A DNA stretch of 64,000 nt, from NCBI GenBank assembly GCA_002269645.1, contig NIVC01002470.1, forward strand, positions 1-64,000, in the 5' to 3' direction. The notes beneath the pieces are model-generated. The model saw only the letters and a list, made by a program, of their open reading frames with translations, had not been told where the DNA came from and searched no databases. The position numbers and the translations under genes are program-made. The DNA is from Macrostomum lignano. Lineage: Eukaryota. Position 1 is the first letter of the stretch, and each line of letters begins with the position of its first letter. Below are positions 10,701 through 23,119 of the stretch, one piece after another.

Positions 10701-13700
10701 AATTCTATTCTGCGTCAAATGCATTAGTGTGAAAGCAGGGAACTCTATAGGCTCAATTAACCTCGATGCTGGCAAAAGGAAGGTAGGGGGAAGTGAGACA
10801 GAGAGGGAGAGTGAGACTGAGAGGGAGAGTGAGACTGAGAGGGAGAGTGAGACTGAGAGGGAGAGTGAGACTGAGAGGGAGAGTGAGACTAAGAGGGAGA
10901 GTGAGACTGAGAGGGAGAGTGAGACTAAGAGGGAGAGTGAGACTGAGAGGGAGAGTGAGACTGAGAGGAGAGTGAGACAGAGAGGAGAGTGAGACTAAGA
11001 GGGAGAGTGAGACTGAGAGGAGAGTGAGACTGAGAGGAGAGTGAGACAGGGAGGGAGAGTGAGACTGAGAGGCGAGTGAGACTGAGAGGAGAGTGAGACA
11101 GAGAGGAGAGTGAGACAGAGGGGAGAGTGAGACAGAGAGAGAGAGAGTGAGACAGAGAGGGAGAGTGAGACAGAGAGGGAGAGTGAGACAGAGTGGGAGA
11201 GTGAGACTGAGAGGAGAGTGAGACAGAGAGGGAGAGTGAGACAGAGAGGGAGAGTGAAACTGAGAGGGAGAGTGAGACAGAGAGGGAGAGTAAGACAGAG
11301 AGGGAGAGTGAGACAGAGAGGGAGAGTGAGACAGAGAGAGAGAGTGAGACAGAGAGGGAGAGTGAGACAGAGAGGGAGAGTGAGACAGAGAGGGAGAGTA
11401 AGACAGAGAGGGAGAGTGAGACAGAGAGGGAGAGTAAGACAGACAGGGAGAGTGAGACAGAGAGGGGGAGTAAGACAGAGAGGGAGAGTGAGACAGAGAG
11501 GGAGAGTAAGACAGAGAGGGAGAGTGAGACAGAGAGGGAGAGTGAGACAGAGAGGGAGAGTGAGACAGAGAGGGAGAGTAAGACAGAGAGGGAGAGTAAG
11601 ACAGAGAGGGAGAGTGAGACAGAGAGGGAGAGTGAGACAGAGAGGGAGAGTAAGACAGAGAGGGAGAGTGGGACAGAGAGGGAGAGTAAGACAGAGAGGG
11701 AGAGTGAGACAGAGAGGGAGAGTGAGACAGAGTGGGAGAGTGAGACTGAGAGGGAGAGTGAGACAGAGAGGGAGAGTGAGACAGAGAGGGAGAGTGAGAC
11801 TGAGAGGGAGAGTAAGACAGAGAGGGAGAGTAAGACAGAGAGGGAGAGTAAGACAGAGAGGGAGAGTGAGACAGAGAGGGAGAGTGAAACAGAGTGGGAG
11901 AGTGAGACTGAGAGGAGAGTGAGACAGAGAGGGAGAGTGAGACAGAGAGGGAGAGTGAGACAGAGAGGGAGAGTGAGACAGAGAGGGAGAGTGAGACAGA
12001 GAGGGAGAGTGAGACTGAGAGGAGAGTGAGACAGAGAGGGAGAGTGAGACTGAGAGGGAGAGTGAGATAGAGAGGGAGAGTGAGACAGAGGGGAGAGTGA
12101 GACAGAGAGAGAGAGTGAGACAGAGAGAGAGAGTGAGACAGAGAGAGGAGAGAGAGAGAGAGAGAGTGAGAGAGAGAGTGAGATAGCGAGATAGCGAGAG
12201 TGAGATAGTGAGATAGCGAGAGTGAGATAGTGAGATAGCGAGAGTGAGATAGTGAGATAGCGAGAGTGAGATAGTGAGATAGCGAGAGTGAGATGGCGAG
12301 ATATCGAGAGTGAGATGGCGAGATAGCGAGAGTGAGATAGTGAGATAGCGAGAGTGAGATGGCGAGAGTGAGATAGCGAGAGAGTGAGAGAGAGAGTGAG
12401 AGAGAGTGAGATGGCGAGATAGCGAGAGTGAGATAGCGAGATAGCGAGAGTGAGATAGTGAGATAGCGAGAGTGAGATAGCGAGATAGCGAGAGTGAGAT
12501 GGCGAGATAGCGAGAGTGAGATGGCGAGATAGCGAGAGTGAGATGGCGAGATAGCGAGAGTGAGATGGCGAGATAGCGAGAGTGAGATAGCGAGATAGCG
12601 AGAGTGAGATGGCGAGATAGCGAGAGTGAGATGGCGAGACAGAGACAAACACAATGTGTCACAGAGCGCACACAGAAGCCTGAGGTGAGACTTTCCCCTC
12701 GCTTCCGCAGTGGTTTATGCCGGCTCAGTGTGCAGAGCTGGCGCCAAAAGCGTGGGCGGCCATCTGCCCTGAAGCCCCCCCCAACGCTTCTGTCGCATTC
12801 ACTTTCGACTGGCGCACCCGCCTGACACCCGCTGAATTCCGCTCCAGTAGCTGCTGACAAATGCCCCCAAATCCCCTCTGCTCAGCTGAGCAGTTTTCAC
12901 TTCCTGGCTTCTCAACGCTCCAACTCGCGGTTGATTAGCTTAAAGCTGAAAGAGACTTCAAAGTCAAGCCTTGATTTTCAAAACATTTGTTTAAGAATGA
13001 TTGCCATGAGAGGGGGAGGGCGCAGCTGGGCCGGAAATGGGGAGTCAATTTGCTATGGAATTTTATTTAGCGGAAATATAGACTAACTGCCGGTCTCGGG
13101 CCCAATGACCCCGAAGAGACAGCTCAGCCTGCTTTGCTGGCTCACGAATTTGAGAAGAGAGCAATGAAGGCATTAAATTGTGGACATTGTGGAGCTAAAC
13201 TGGACATTGTGGAGCTAAACTGGACATTGTGGAGCTAAACTGGACATTGTGGAGCTAAACTGGACATTAGGGAGCTAAACTGGACATTGTGGAGCTAAAC
13301 TGGACATTGTGGAGCTAAACTGGACATTGTGGAGCTAAACTGGACATTAGGGAGCTAAACTGGACATTAGGGAGCTAAACTGGACATTGTGGAGCTAAAC
13401 TGGACATTAGGGAGCTAAACTGGACATTGTGGAGCTAAACTGGACATTGTGGAGCTAAATTGGACATTGTGGAGCTAAATTGGACATTGTGGAGCTAAAT
13501 TGGACATTGTAAAGCTAAATTGGACATTGTGGAGCTAAATTGGACATTGTGGAGCTAAATTGGACATTGTGGAACTAAATTGGACATTGTGGAGCTAAAT
13601 TAGACATTGCGGAGCTGAATTGGACATTGTGGAGCTGAATTGGACATTGTGGAGCTAAATCGGACATTGTGGAGCTAAATTGGACATTGTGGAGCTAAAT

Positions 13701-15193
13701 TAGACATTGCGGAGCTAAACTGGACATTGTGGAGCTGAATTGGACATTGTGGAGCTAAATTGGACATTGTGAAGCTAAATTGGATATTGTGGAGCTAAAT
13801 TGGACATTGTGGAGCTAAATTGGACATTGTGGAGCTAAATTGGACATTGTGGAGCTAAATTGGACATTGTGGAGCTAAATTGGACATTGTGAAGCTAAAT
13901 TGGACATTGTGGAGCTAAACTGGCCATTTTAAACTAAATTGGACATTGTGGAGCTAAATTGGACATTGTAAAGCTAAATTGGACATTGTAAAGCTAAATT
14001 GGACATTGTGGAGCTAAATTGGACATTGTGGAGCTAAACTGGACATTGTGGAGCTAAACTGGACATTGTGGAGCTAAACTGGACATTGTGGAGCTGAATT
14101 GGACATTGTGGAGCTAAATTAGACATTGCGGAGCTGAATTGGACATTGCGGAGCTGAATTGGACATTGTGGAGCTGAATTGGACATTGTGGAGCTGAATT
14201 GGACATTGCGGAGCTGAATTGGACATTGCGGAGCTGAATTGGACATTGCGGAGCTGAATTGGACATTGTGGAGCTGAATTGGACATTGTGGAGCTAAATT
14301 GGACATTGCGGAGCTAAATTAGACATTGTGGAGCTAAATTGGACATTGCGGAGCTAAATTGGACATTGCGGAGCTGAATTGGACATTGTAGAGCTAAATT
14401 TGACATTTTCGAGCTAAATTAGACATTATGGAGCTAAACTAAACCTTAGGGAGCTAAACTGGTCACTTTAGACTAAACTGGACATTGGTGCACTAAATCA
14501 AACACACTGGCAGCTCGCAGCCTCACCGATGACGGTCATCCAAGGCCACAACTTGGCCGCATCGCCGGGCCCGCCCGTCTCGTCGGCCGCAGCCGCCGCC
14601 GCAGCCGCCGCCGCCGCTGTGTCGTCCAAATCCACCACGGCGTCTGCATCTTCCTCGTCCTCGTTGTCGATATCGATGTCGTTCGGGTCGTCGTCTGGCC
14701 CGCTAGCGGCCACGGCGGCCACGGCGGTCAGACCGCCGCGAACCCGGTGCTGCAGGCTTCGCACCGCGGCGTCCATCTGCAGCAGTGAGGCGCTCGTCGG
14801 CGCCGCCGCCCCCGTGGCCGCCGACACTCCGCCGCTGAAATAGCTGGCAGCCACCGCTGCTCCGGCGGCTACGGCGGCCGCCGCGGCCGACTGAGCGGAG
14901 GAGAAACGCTCTGTCCAGGGCTGCGAGTCTGGCTGAGGGTACTGCTGCTGCTGCTGCTGCTGCTGCTGATGGACATGCGGATGCTGCGGGTGATAATGAT
15001 GAAGCTGCAGATGCTCGGGATGCTGCTGCTGCTGATGGAGCTGATGCTGATAGTTTGACAGCGGTTGAAATGTCAGACTGTCTGACTGGTGCGCCGGGCT
15101 GACCGTCGACGCGGCCGCGACCGCCGCCGCGCTGAAAGCCGAAGGCTCAGCCACCGGTTCGTGCAGGACGCCGCCCAGACTGAAATAGTTCAT
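7765..15193 (-). CDS. Central-class Hox homeodomain protein, Ubx/abd-A (Lox4/Lox2, Hox6-8) type; 2 exons
   Basis: Exon 1 is 15193..14527: MNYF start (SSYF-like), poly-Q/A, hexapeptide LWPWM, donor ATCG|GTGAGG. Exon 2 is 8132..7765: acceptor CCAG|GG. The spliced junction reads [33 protein letters not shown]...[14 protein letters not shown], followed by a UbdA-like parapeptide KQQIRFIN. Phase 1+2 is consistent. Confidence 0.93.
8172..10205. repeat. 24-bp minisatellite cctaatccttcagtaggccgccca in the Hox intron
   Basis: About 2 kb of near-identical copies ending about 40 bp from the exon 2 acceptor. Confidence 0.95.
10790..12640. repeat. GA-rich minisatellite (about 18-bp gagagggagagtgagaca, grading into gagatagc/gagatggc units near 12180) in the Hox intron
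   Basis: Tandem copies visible; source of the SL/HS-rich 575-633 aa false ORFs. Confidence 0.95.
13178..14490. repeat. 20-bp minisatellite tggacattgtggagctaaat in the Hox intron
   Basis: Tandem copies visible, starting about 40 bp from the exon 1 donor. Confidence 0.95.
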
Positions 15194-15195
15194 GC

Positions 15196-15480
15196 CAGCT
15201 GGGAACTGCCGGAGCTGCTTAGCTGGGAACTGCCGGAGCTGCTTAGCTGGGAACTGCCGGAGTCGCTTAGCTGGGAACTGCCGGAGCTGCTTAGCTGGGA
15301 ATTGCCGGAGCTGCTTAGCTGGGAACTGCCGGAGCTGCTTAGCTGGGACTGCCGGAGCTGCTTAGCTGGGAATTGCCGGAGCTGCTTAGCTGGGAACTGC
15401 CGGAGCTGCTTAGCTGGGAACTGCCGGAGCTGCTTAGCTGGGAACTGCCGGAGCTGCTTAGCTGGGAATTTTCGGAGCTG
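15196..15480. repeat. 24-bp minisatellite agctgggaactgccggagctgctt abutting the Hox start codon
   Basis: About 12 copies; the last partial unit ends a few nt before the ATG at 15193. Confidence 0.9.
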
Positions 15481-16489
15481 CGAGTAATTTTCCTGTCTCT
15501 TGACCCTTCAAGCTATTGTTTTTGAGCCTAAAACTAGAGAATTGAGTTGCTGCTTGAGCTGAGCAGAGGGAAGCGGCTGCTCAGCCAATGGCGGTGAAGA
15601 CCGAGTCCGGGAGGGTGAGTCGCACTGGCCGAGATTGGCTGGGGGGCGGTGAGCTGCGGCGCTGAGCTCAAAAGAATTCAGTTGGTTAAAAATTGAAGGG
15701 GCCACTTTTTTAATTCAAATATTTAATTCGAATTTCATTTGCAAAGTGGACAATACTTTTGGATGCTGAAGGCCCCAGAAAAAACAAATTAGGCAACGAT
15801 CTCTCCATTATTTAGCCTCCCACATCCCGCTTATCCTCTGTCCCCTCACACACTGCTAGACATCTCAATTTATCCAATTTTTAATCCTCAGGTATTTTCC
15901 CCTGTTCAATAATTAGTGGTGAAATCATTGTTGAGTTTACATGGAATCTGTAGCCGCTAAAACACTGGTGGAGTTCGATGGAGCACATTGTGCTCAGACT
16001 CATTCTAGGGGTTCATTCTAGACTCGTTATAAATCACACCCTGAGCCGATGCCTATCAGCGGCCTCAGGCGGTCTGTCCCGCTCCACTGACAGGGCTTGG
16101 CATGGCGGGGCATAAATATTTGACTTTCTCAACCCCCCCTACTCAGACATCCAGTGGGCGGGGCAGCCAGCAAAGACAATAAATAACTCCCCTTCTCCCC
16201 TTCTCCCCTTCTCCCCTAGCTGAGACTCTGCTCTATTACCAGCGCTTTATCTGCTTGATAGAAATGTATACGAGCTGCGCTGGCCCGGGTTGAAGCTGAG
16301 CAGTAAATCAGCTCAAGTGCGGATGGCCGGGCGAGGCCTGATGCCGAGCTCAGATAGTCTGGGGATTCCCACTGAGAGCCACCCCTGGATGGCTCCGTTG
16401 AACATGGGAGCAGAGTGGGAGCAACTAAGCCGAGTGTTGCTGTTGTTTCAGGTCCGAGTTTGCGAATAATTATTTCTGATAAATTTTAA

Positions 16490-17330
16490 GTAGCCATCAC
16501 TACCCATGTTCCCTAGTCATTCAATGAGCCATCACTACCCCTGTTCCCTAGTCATTCAATGAGCCATCACTACCCCTGTTCCCTAGTCATTCAATGAGCC
16601 ATCACTACCCCTGTTCCCTAGTCATTCAATGCGCCATCACTACCCCTGTTCCCTAGTCCTTCAATGCGCCATCACTACCCCTGTTCCCTAGTCATTCAAT
16701 GCGCCATCACTACCCCTGTTCCCTAGTCATTCAATGCGCCATCACTACCCCTGTTCCCTAGTCATTCAATGCGCCATCACTACCCCTGTTCCCTAGTCAT
16801 TCAATGAGCCATCACTACCCCTGTTCCCTAGTCATTCAATGCGCCATCACTACCCCTGTTCCCTAGTCCTTCAATGCGCCATCACTACCCCTGTTCCCTA
16901 GTCATTCAATGCGCCATCACTACCCCTGTTCCCTAGTCATTCAATGAGCCATCACTACCCCTGTTCCCTAGTCATTCAATGCGCCATCACTACCCCTGTT
17001 CCCTAGTCCTTCAATGCGCCATCACTACCCCTGTTCCCTAGTCATTCAATGAGCCATCACTACCCCTGTTCCCTGGTCATTCAATGAGCCATCACTACCC
17101 CTGTTCCCTAGTCATTCAATGCGCCATCACTACCCCTGTTCCCTAGTCCTTCAATGCGCCATCACTACCCCTGTTCCCTAGTCATTCAATGAGCCATCAC
17201 TACCCCTGTTCCCTAGTCATTCAATGCGCCATCACTACCCCTGTTCCCTAGTCATTCAATGCGCCATCACTACCCCTGTTCTCTGGTCATTCAATTAGCC
17301 ATCACTACCCCTGTTCTCTGGTCATTCATT
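16490..17330. repeat. 35-bp minisatellite gagccatcactacccctgttccctagtcattcaat
   Basis: Tandem copies visible. Confidence 0.95.
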
Positions 17331-17616
17331 CAGCTTTTTGCCAATTCTCGAAACAGTAAAGAAAGCAACTGAAATTTTCCGTGCCTTCTTTCTGCCTCAG
17401 CAAAATGTTAATTATAAAAAGTGTGCCAAAATAGTCAGTTCTCACACTTTTTTCTTTTTCTGCTACGCTCGTAAAAAGCAGGCTCTCACCTGCTCTGGAG
17501 ATCAGGCATTTAATAAAGAATAAGCGCAGTCCGAATTGAATTTTTAATTAGCCTCTCAGACCGGCACTCACCTCGCTCTGTTGTTGCAACAAGTAATGTG
17601 TGTTTTAGAGTGCTTA

Positions 17617-17716
17617 TGGCCATACCCATGCCCATACCCATACCCATACCCATGTCCAAACCCATACCCATGCCCATACCCATACCTTTACCCACATACC
17701 CATACCCATACCCATG

Positions 17717-17775
<59 letters not shown>

Positions 17776-17776
17776 G

Positions 17777-17853
<77 letters not shown>

Positions 17854-17940
17854 GCCCATACCCATACCCATACCCATGTCCAAACCCATACCCATGCCCA
17901 TACCCATACCTTTACCCACATACCCATACCCATACCCATG

Positions 17941-17971
<31 letters not shown>

Positions 17972-17972
17972 A

Positions 17973-18024
<52 letters not shown>

Positions 18025-18025
18025 A
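17617..18025. repeat. (CCCATA)n hexamer array with an internal duplication
   Basis: Visible; source of the PI/HT/YP ORFs. Confidence 0.95.
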
Positions 18026-18349
18026 CCGTAACAGTTCCGATGCCAGCGGCGCTCTATTCATCCCCGTGCCAAATCAAAGCAAGTCACTGTAGAAAGGTGA
18101 CAGGTCAGCAAAAGTAATGAGTCAGATGCAAGCTTAGTTATAAACACGAATACCGGTAAAGATCCTCTCCCATGCAGAACTGCGCCCAGTAACTGGGTCG
18201 CTTAAGTACTCGCTTCAGCCAAGGCGCTCTTGACAGCGATCTGGAAGTTGAGTTCTGGAATTCACCGACACCCACCCCGGATATCTACCTTGGTAACACT
18301 ATGGCCAAGTTATTGATTTACAATCTTAGCCATTTTAGATCAAGCTAAG

Positions 18350-19440
18350 ACTAGATTTTAGCGCCAAATGAGCTCACAGACTAGATTTTAGCGCCAATTT
18401 AGCTTGTAGACTAGATTTTAGCGCCAATTTCGCTTGTAGACTAGATTTTAGCGCCAATTTAGCTTGTAGACTAGATTTTAGCGTCAATTTAGCTTGTAGA
18501 CTAGATTTTAGCGCCAATTTAGCTTGTAGACTAGATTTTAGCGCCAATTTAGCTTGTAGACTAGATTTTAGCGCCAATTTAGCTTGTAGACTAGATTTTA
18601 GCGCCAATTTAGCTTGTAGACTAGATTTTAGCGCCAATTTAGCTTGTAGACTAGATTTTAGCGCCAATTTAGCTTGTAGACTAGATTTTAGCGCCAATTT
18701 AGCTTGTAGACTAGATTTTAGCGCCAATTTAGCTTGTAGACTAGATTTTAGCGCCAATTTAGCTCACAGACTAGATTTTAGCGCCAATTTAGCTTGTAGA
18801 CTAGATTTTAGCGCCAATTTAGCTTGTAGACTAGATTTTAGCGTCAATTTAGCTTGTAGACTAGATTTTAGCGCCAATTTAGCTCACAGACTAGATTTTA
18901 GCGCCAATTTAGCTTGTAGACTAGATTTTAGCGCCAATTTAGCTTGTAGACTAGATTTTAGCGCCAATTTAGCTTGTAGACTAGATTTTAGCGCCAATTT
19001 AGCTTGTAGACTAGATTTTAGCGCCAATTTAGCTCACAGACTAGATTTTAGCGCCAATTTAGCTTGTAGACTAGATTTTAGCGTCAATTTAGCTTGTAGA
19101 CTAGATTTTAGCGCCAATTTAGCTTGTAGACTAGATTTTAGCGTCAATTTAGCTCACAGACTAGATTTTAGCGCCAATTTAGCTTGTAGACTAGATTTTA
19201 GCGCCAATTCAGCTTGTAGACTAGATTTTAGCGCCAATTTAGCTTGTAGACTAGATTTTAGCGCCAATTTAGCTTGTAGACTAGATTTTAGCGCCAATTC
19301 AGCTTGTAGACTAGATTTTAGCGCCAATTTAGCTTGTAGACTAGATTTTAGCGCCAATTTAGCTTGTAGACTAGATTTTAGCGCCAATTTAGCTTGTAGA
19401 CTAGATTTTAGCGCCAATTTAGCTCACAGACTAGATATTG
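18350..19440. repeat. 30-bp minisatellite gactagattttagcgccaatttagcttgta
   Basis: Copies align column-wise in the 60-nt lines (period 30). Confidence 0.97.
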
Positions 19441-21471
19441 GCGCCAATTCAGCGCCAGACCTAGATTTTCTCCTGGAAGCATAACCCCCAATTTTCATCG
19501 CAAGGGGGCAACAGACCCACCTTAACCCCATCGGACAGACTCCTTCATTTGTAGCTACTACGAGTACGTAATAGTTTCAGGGGGGGGGGAATTGTCCCCT
19601 CTGCCCTCTCCCTGTGCCGCAGTCTCTGAAGACTTGAACTCCTCTCAGTTTGCAGTTTGGCCTCCTCTCCAGATGTCTAGGTCTAAGAGCTCCGTGGCTC
19701 CAATGCCCCCGCCAAGAAGTGCCGCTCGCTCGTAAATTGCCAAGACAAAGCCAGCCCCCCTTGAGCCTCTCGAACTCTGCGCTCCGCACGTTCGTCAATG
19801 CCAGAGTTGAAAAAAAGTTATGTGGCTACATGCCCGTTGTTGACTTTAATTTATGACCATAGCGAGTACCAACTTTTTTCTCTCTTCTTCTGACGGTGGG
19901 GGGGTGGCGTACCATCTCATCGGGCAATGTCGGCCTGTAGGGAACCTGGGGATTTTTTTACCACTGCTTTGGGTTTAACAGCTTCTCAGCCGACACACCT
20001 GGCCTGCTCTGTGATGCGTGACAGTAATATTGGGGGGGGGGGCAATAGAAATTCAAGCTTGAAAAAAGACAATCGAAAATATGTTTATATAGATGTGAAA
20101 CAATATACCAGCTGTCTTTTGTAGCCCCTATTGTTAGAATAAAATAAATCACTCATCTATAAGATGATGAGCATATCTAAATTAAAGTGTGAAACAGAGA
20201 TCAGTGACCTTCATTTGGACGCCGCCATTCCCTCAGTGACCTTCAGTTGGGAAACACCACTCCCTCAGTGACCTCAGTGAAGCTTTTCTTCTCTTTTTTT
20301 CTGCTCCTTTCTGGCAGCAATGCTTCACTATTGCGTTGAATTAATTATCTAATAAGACCCTTGTCTCTGCCTGATTTTAAGTGCATTTTAATTTCTTATA
20401 TTAAATCTCCAGCAGTCTTTCTCCTTTCTTGTAGTTGTTTTTTTGTCCAAAATTTCTGCTAGGCACCGGATGTAGCCTCATTTCTCCCTGTATCCGACTC
20501 TCGCTTCCCCCGAGTCCCCAACCCTCCTATTTAAGGCAAATTTATGCGAGTGCCGCCAGGCTCTCGCATGCGCCAGGAGGCGCATTTCCCCCTTGGAAGG
20601 GGGGGGGCACAGCGCTGCAGACGGGTGATCTACGCGTGTGGGATCCCCTGCGAGACAGCGGCAGCGAGAAGGAAATGAAGGGAAGAAAGGCGCGTCTCAT
20701 ATCCTGATGGGAAAGAAACTGAAGGTGCTCTGCAGCTCTTAAATCTTTGTCTTGGGGAAGCCTCTTGAAGCCTGAAATCCCAAACAAATGAAGTATTCGT
20801 GTCTGAATCAGTCCGATTTCTGATGAATTTGAGGCTTTCATGGCTAAAAACGTTTCTACTGAAGTTTCTACTTGAAGTAGCACTCGAGAGACATAGTCTA
20901 AGTTGATCCGACAAAAGCTTACAGCATGCATGCAGCCAGGCAGGCAGGTGCAAGAGTATACAAAGATAAAGACCTGCAGATTGATAAGGCTGACTAAACT
21001 AAATTGAGCCGATCTTGTTTGCAGCTCATATTCATACATTTTATAGCATTACACTGGAAGCCGCTATAAGGTTTGATAAAGTGCGAGTTCGTCGGATCAG
21101 GTAAAATTGCTTCAAACCTATTTGAGAATACCAAGAGTTTGAATATTCCTCGTGCCCGAGATGAGGACCGGTGGAAAGTCAACTGGCTCCGCGACGGGTC
21201 CCAGCAGGACTGCGCGACCAGCTGGAAGGCGGTTCCGGCGTGAGTGACAATTCCTTTGGATCTGAGAGGACCAATGATTAGTGAATTATTAATTTAGACA
21301 GGCTATTTAGCGAAGGATGGGTTGCTGTCTGTTCTCAATCTGAATTGATTCCGTCTTTGATCCTCGAAAGCGGCCTTAACTTGTTCCATACTTTCACCAG
21401 TACGCATCAAATCCGAAATCCAAGCAATTAACAATCCCCTTTTTTCAGGATCCCGTTTCTTTTCCACCCGG

Positions 21472-21897
21472 ATGTTCCCGACCAGACAGAGGACGGTAGC
21501 AGCGACAGCCGGATCAGCAGCTGTCGGCGGGCCGGAGACCGAAAGAGATCCGAAGGTGTCCCAGCAAAATCTAGCAGTTCCCTTCTCACTGCTGTTCATG
21601 ACACTTTCAGCTGGAGGTCTGGCTGCGTGCATCATCTACGCCAGGCACTTGGCGGCCATCATAGCTGCTCTCGGCCTATTGTTTGCCACCTCTATGCTGA
21701 GCTTCTTCTCGTTGATTATCAAGAAGATTTTAATGAAAGTCAAGGAAGAAAGAAGTCAGCAACAGCAGCGAAATTTACAGAGTGTGGAGTTAGGGAATCA
21801 GCCACAGTCCTCATCGTCATCACCACAGACACCGCTACCAGCACCATCTCCCTATTCATCGGTAGATGAACTTGATCGTGGGGAGGATTTGCATTAG
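21472..21897 (+). CDS. Hypothetical 141-aa protein with two hydrophobic segments
   Basis: ORF with LAVPFSLLFMTLSAGGLAACIIY and LAAIIAALGLLFATSMLSFFSLII followed by a basic/QS-rich tail; acceptor-like cttttttcag ends at 21448. No family recognised. Confidence 0.35.
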   Translation: MFPTRQRTVAATAGSAAVGGPETERDPKVSQQNLAVPFSLLFMTLSAGGLAACIIYARHLAAIIAALGLLFATSMLSFFSLIIKKILMKVKEERSQQQQRNLQSVELGNQPQSSSSSPQTPLPAPSPYSSVDELDRGEDLH

Positions 21898-22009
21898 TGA
21901 GCCCAGAAGTTTTCATAGAAATGATAAAGCAACAAAAACTTGATATTTTGTAAATATTTCTATCCAACCAACATTTTAATGACTCGCGATCGCAATACTG
22001 TGCTGCAAA

Positions 22010-22323
22010 CAGGGGCGTCGCCATGGATTTTATGGCGAGGGGGACCAGAGCCAAGAATTCTACATGTACGTGTACATGACTAATTAAATTCCTACATGTA
22101 AATTCTTTTCAGAATCCGTGTTGTAAGCGCTCATTTTAGCGCCGCAGGCACTCATTTTAGCGCCGCAGGCACTCATTTTGGTGTCCTGAAGCAAAATTAT
22201 TGATTTCCATAACGGGTCACAAATTGGGCTGGGGGGCAATGCACTGGCATTCATGTCCCCCCATAGATTTTACTGGGGGGGGGGACATGTTTCCCCCTCC
22301 TCCCCCCGGTGGCGACGCCCCTG
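22010..22323. mobile_element. hAT-like MITE, 314 bp
   Basis: Perfect 14-bp TIR CAGGGGCGTCGCCA / TGGCGACGCCCCTG. Flanks gctgcaaa and gctgcaat match at 7 of 8 positions, consistent with an 8-bp TSD. Confidence 0.8.
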
Positions 22324-22417
22324 GCTGCAATAATATAGTGGCTATTATATAACCACCAGCTCAACTTTTTTCAAATGAAAATCGCACGCGTTACTACAGG
22401 TGCTATACATGTACAGT

Positions 22418-23118
22418 TGTGGTATATGATCCTCTATAGTCTCTCTTTTCTGCCATAGACTTATTTTGTCATGATTCTGCTCTGACACTTTCTTTTAAGT
22501 ACTAAGCCGCGAGCTGCCTTGAAGTAAATAAAAAAGGGAAAAGGAGAAAGAAATATACTCTCGCGCAAACTCTAAAGAGCATTCCTGGAATTTATTACTG
22601 AAACCGGATGCTACATTGGCGACGAAAATATGACTGCCGCACCCAACACCGCTTCAAGAATCAGTGCATTCGATACGGTAAGACCAGAGAGATGGTCGGT
22701 GTACGAAGAACGGTTGGAGCAATATTTCATTGCCAAAGCCATCATCGATGAAAACATAAAGAAGGCTGAGCTCATCACAGTGGTGGGTGAAGATTGCTAC
22801 TGCCTGCTGCGAGATCTGCTGTCTCCAGACCTCCCGAAAAGTAAGTCTTATGACGAGCTGATAACGGCGCTAAGAAACTATTTCGCACCGACGCCAAAGA
22901 AAGTTGTAGAGCGTTACAATTTCTACAATCGAAATCAACAAGAGGGCAAAGTAATCTCAGAGTATCCTTAAATATAGCAAATTTAAGGAAGCTGGCTGCA
23001 ACCAGTATGTTTGGGGCCTTTCTGAATGAAGCTATCAGAGATAAGTTTGTTTGCGGATTGCGCAGCAAGCTCATTCAGCAGCGTCTTCTGCAAGAAGATG
23101 ACATCGCGCTAGACGAGC
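22418..23118 (+). mobile_element. 5' fragment of a Ty3/Gypsy LTR retrotransposon: LTR, PBS and truncated frameshifted gag
   Basis: Putative LTR TG(22418)...CA(22615) containing AATAAA. PBS TGGCGACGA at 22617. Gag-like ORF from 22630 (WSVYEERLEQYF...YDELITALRNYF...VVERYNFYNRNQQEG) continues after a frameshift as ANLRKLA...IRDKFVCGL...IQQRLLQE. The LTR start is approximate. Confidence 0.75.
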
Positions 23119-23119
23119 C

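Noticed and set aside
10753-12860. 575-633 aa ORFs (SLSH/CLTLPL repeats) and similar ORFs over other arrays
   Set aside because: They are translations of stop-free tandem repeats, open in several frames, and lie inside introns of well-supported genes
8172-19440. Regular 24-35 bp repeat arrays as CRISPR arrays
   Set aside because: Units are head-to-tail with no unique spacers, there are no cas genes, and the context is eukaryotic and intronic
7000-20000. Hox-associated microRNAs (miR-10, iab-4)
   Set aside because: No match to the mature sequences seen by eye; tacccctgtt in the 35-bp array only superficially resembles the miR-10 start
21068-21520. THAP-domain protein suggested by W...W...AVP motifs
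   Set aside because: The required C2CH zinc ligands and the CSxHF motif are absent
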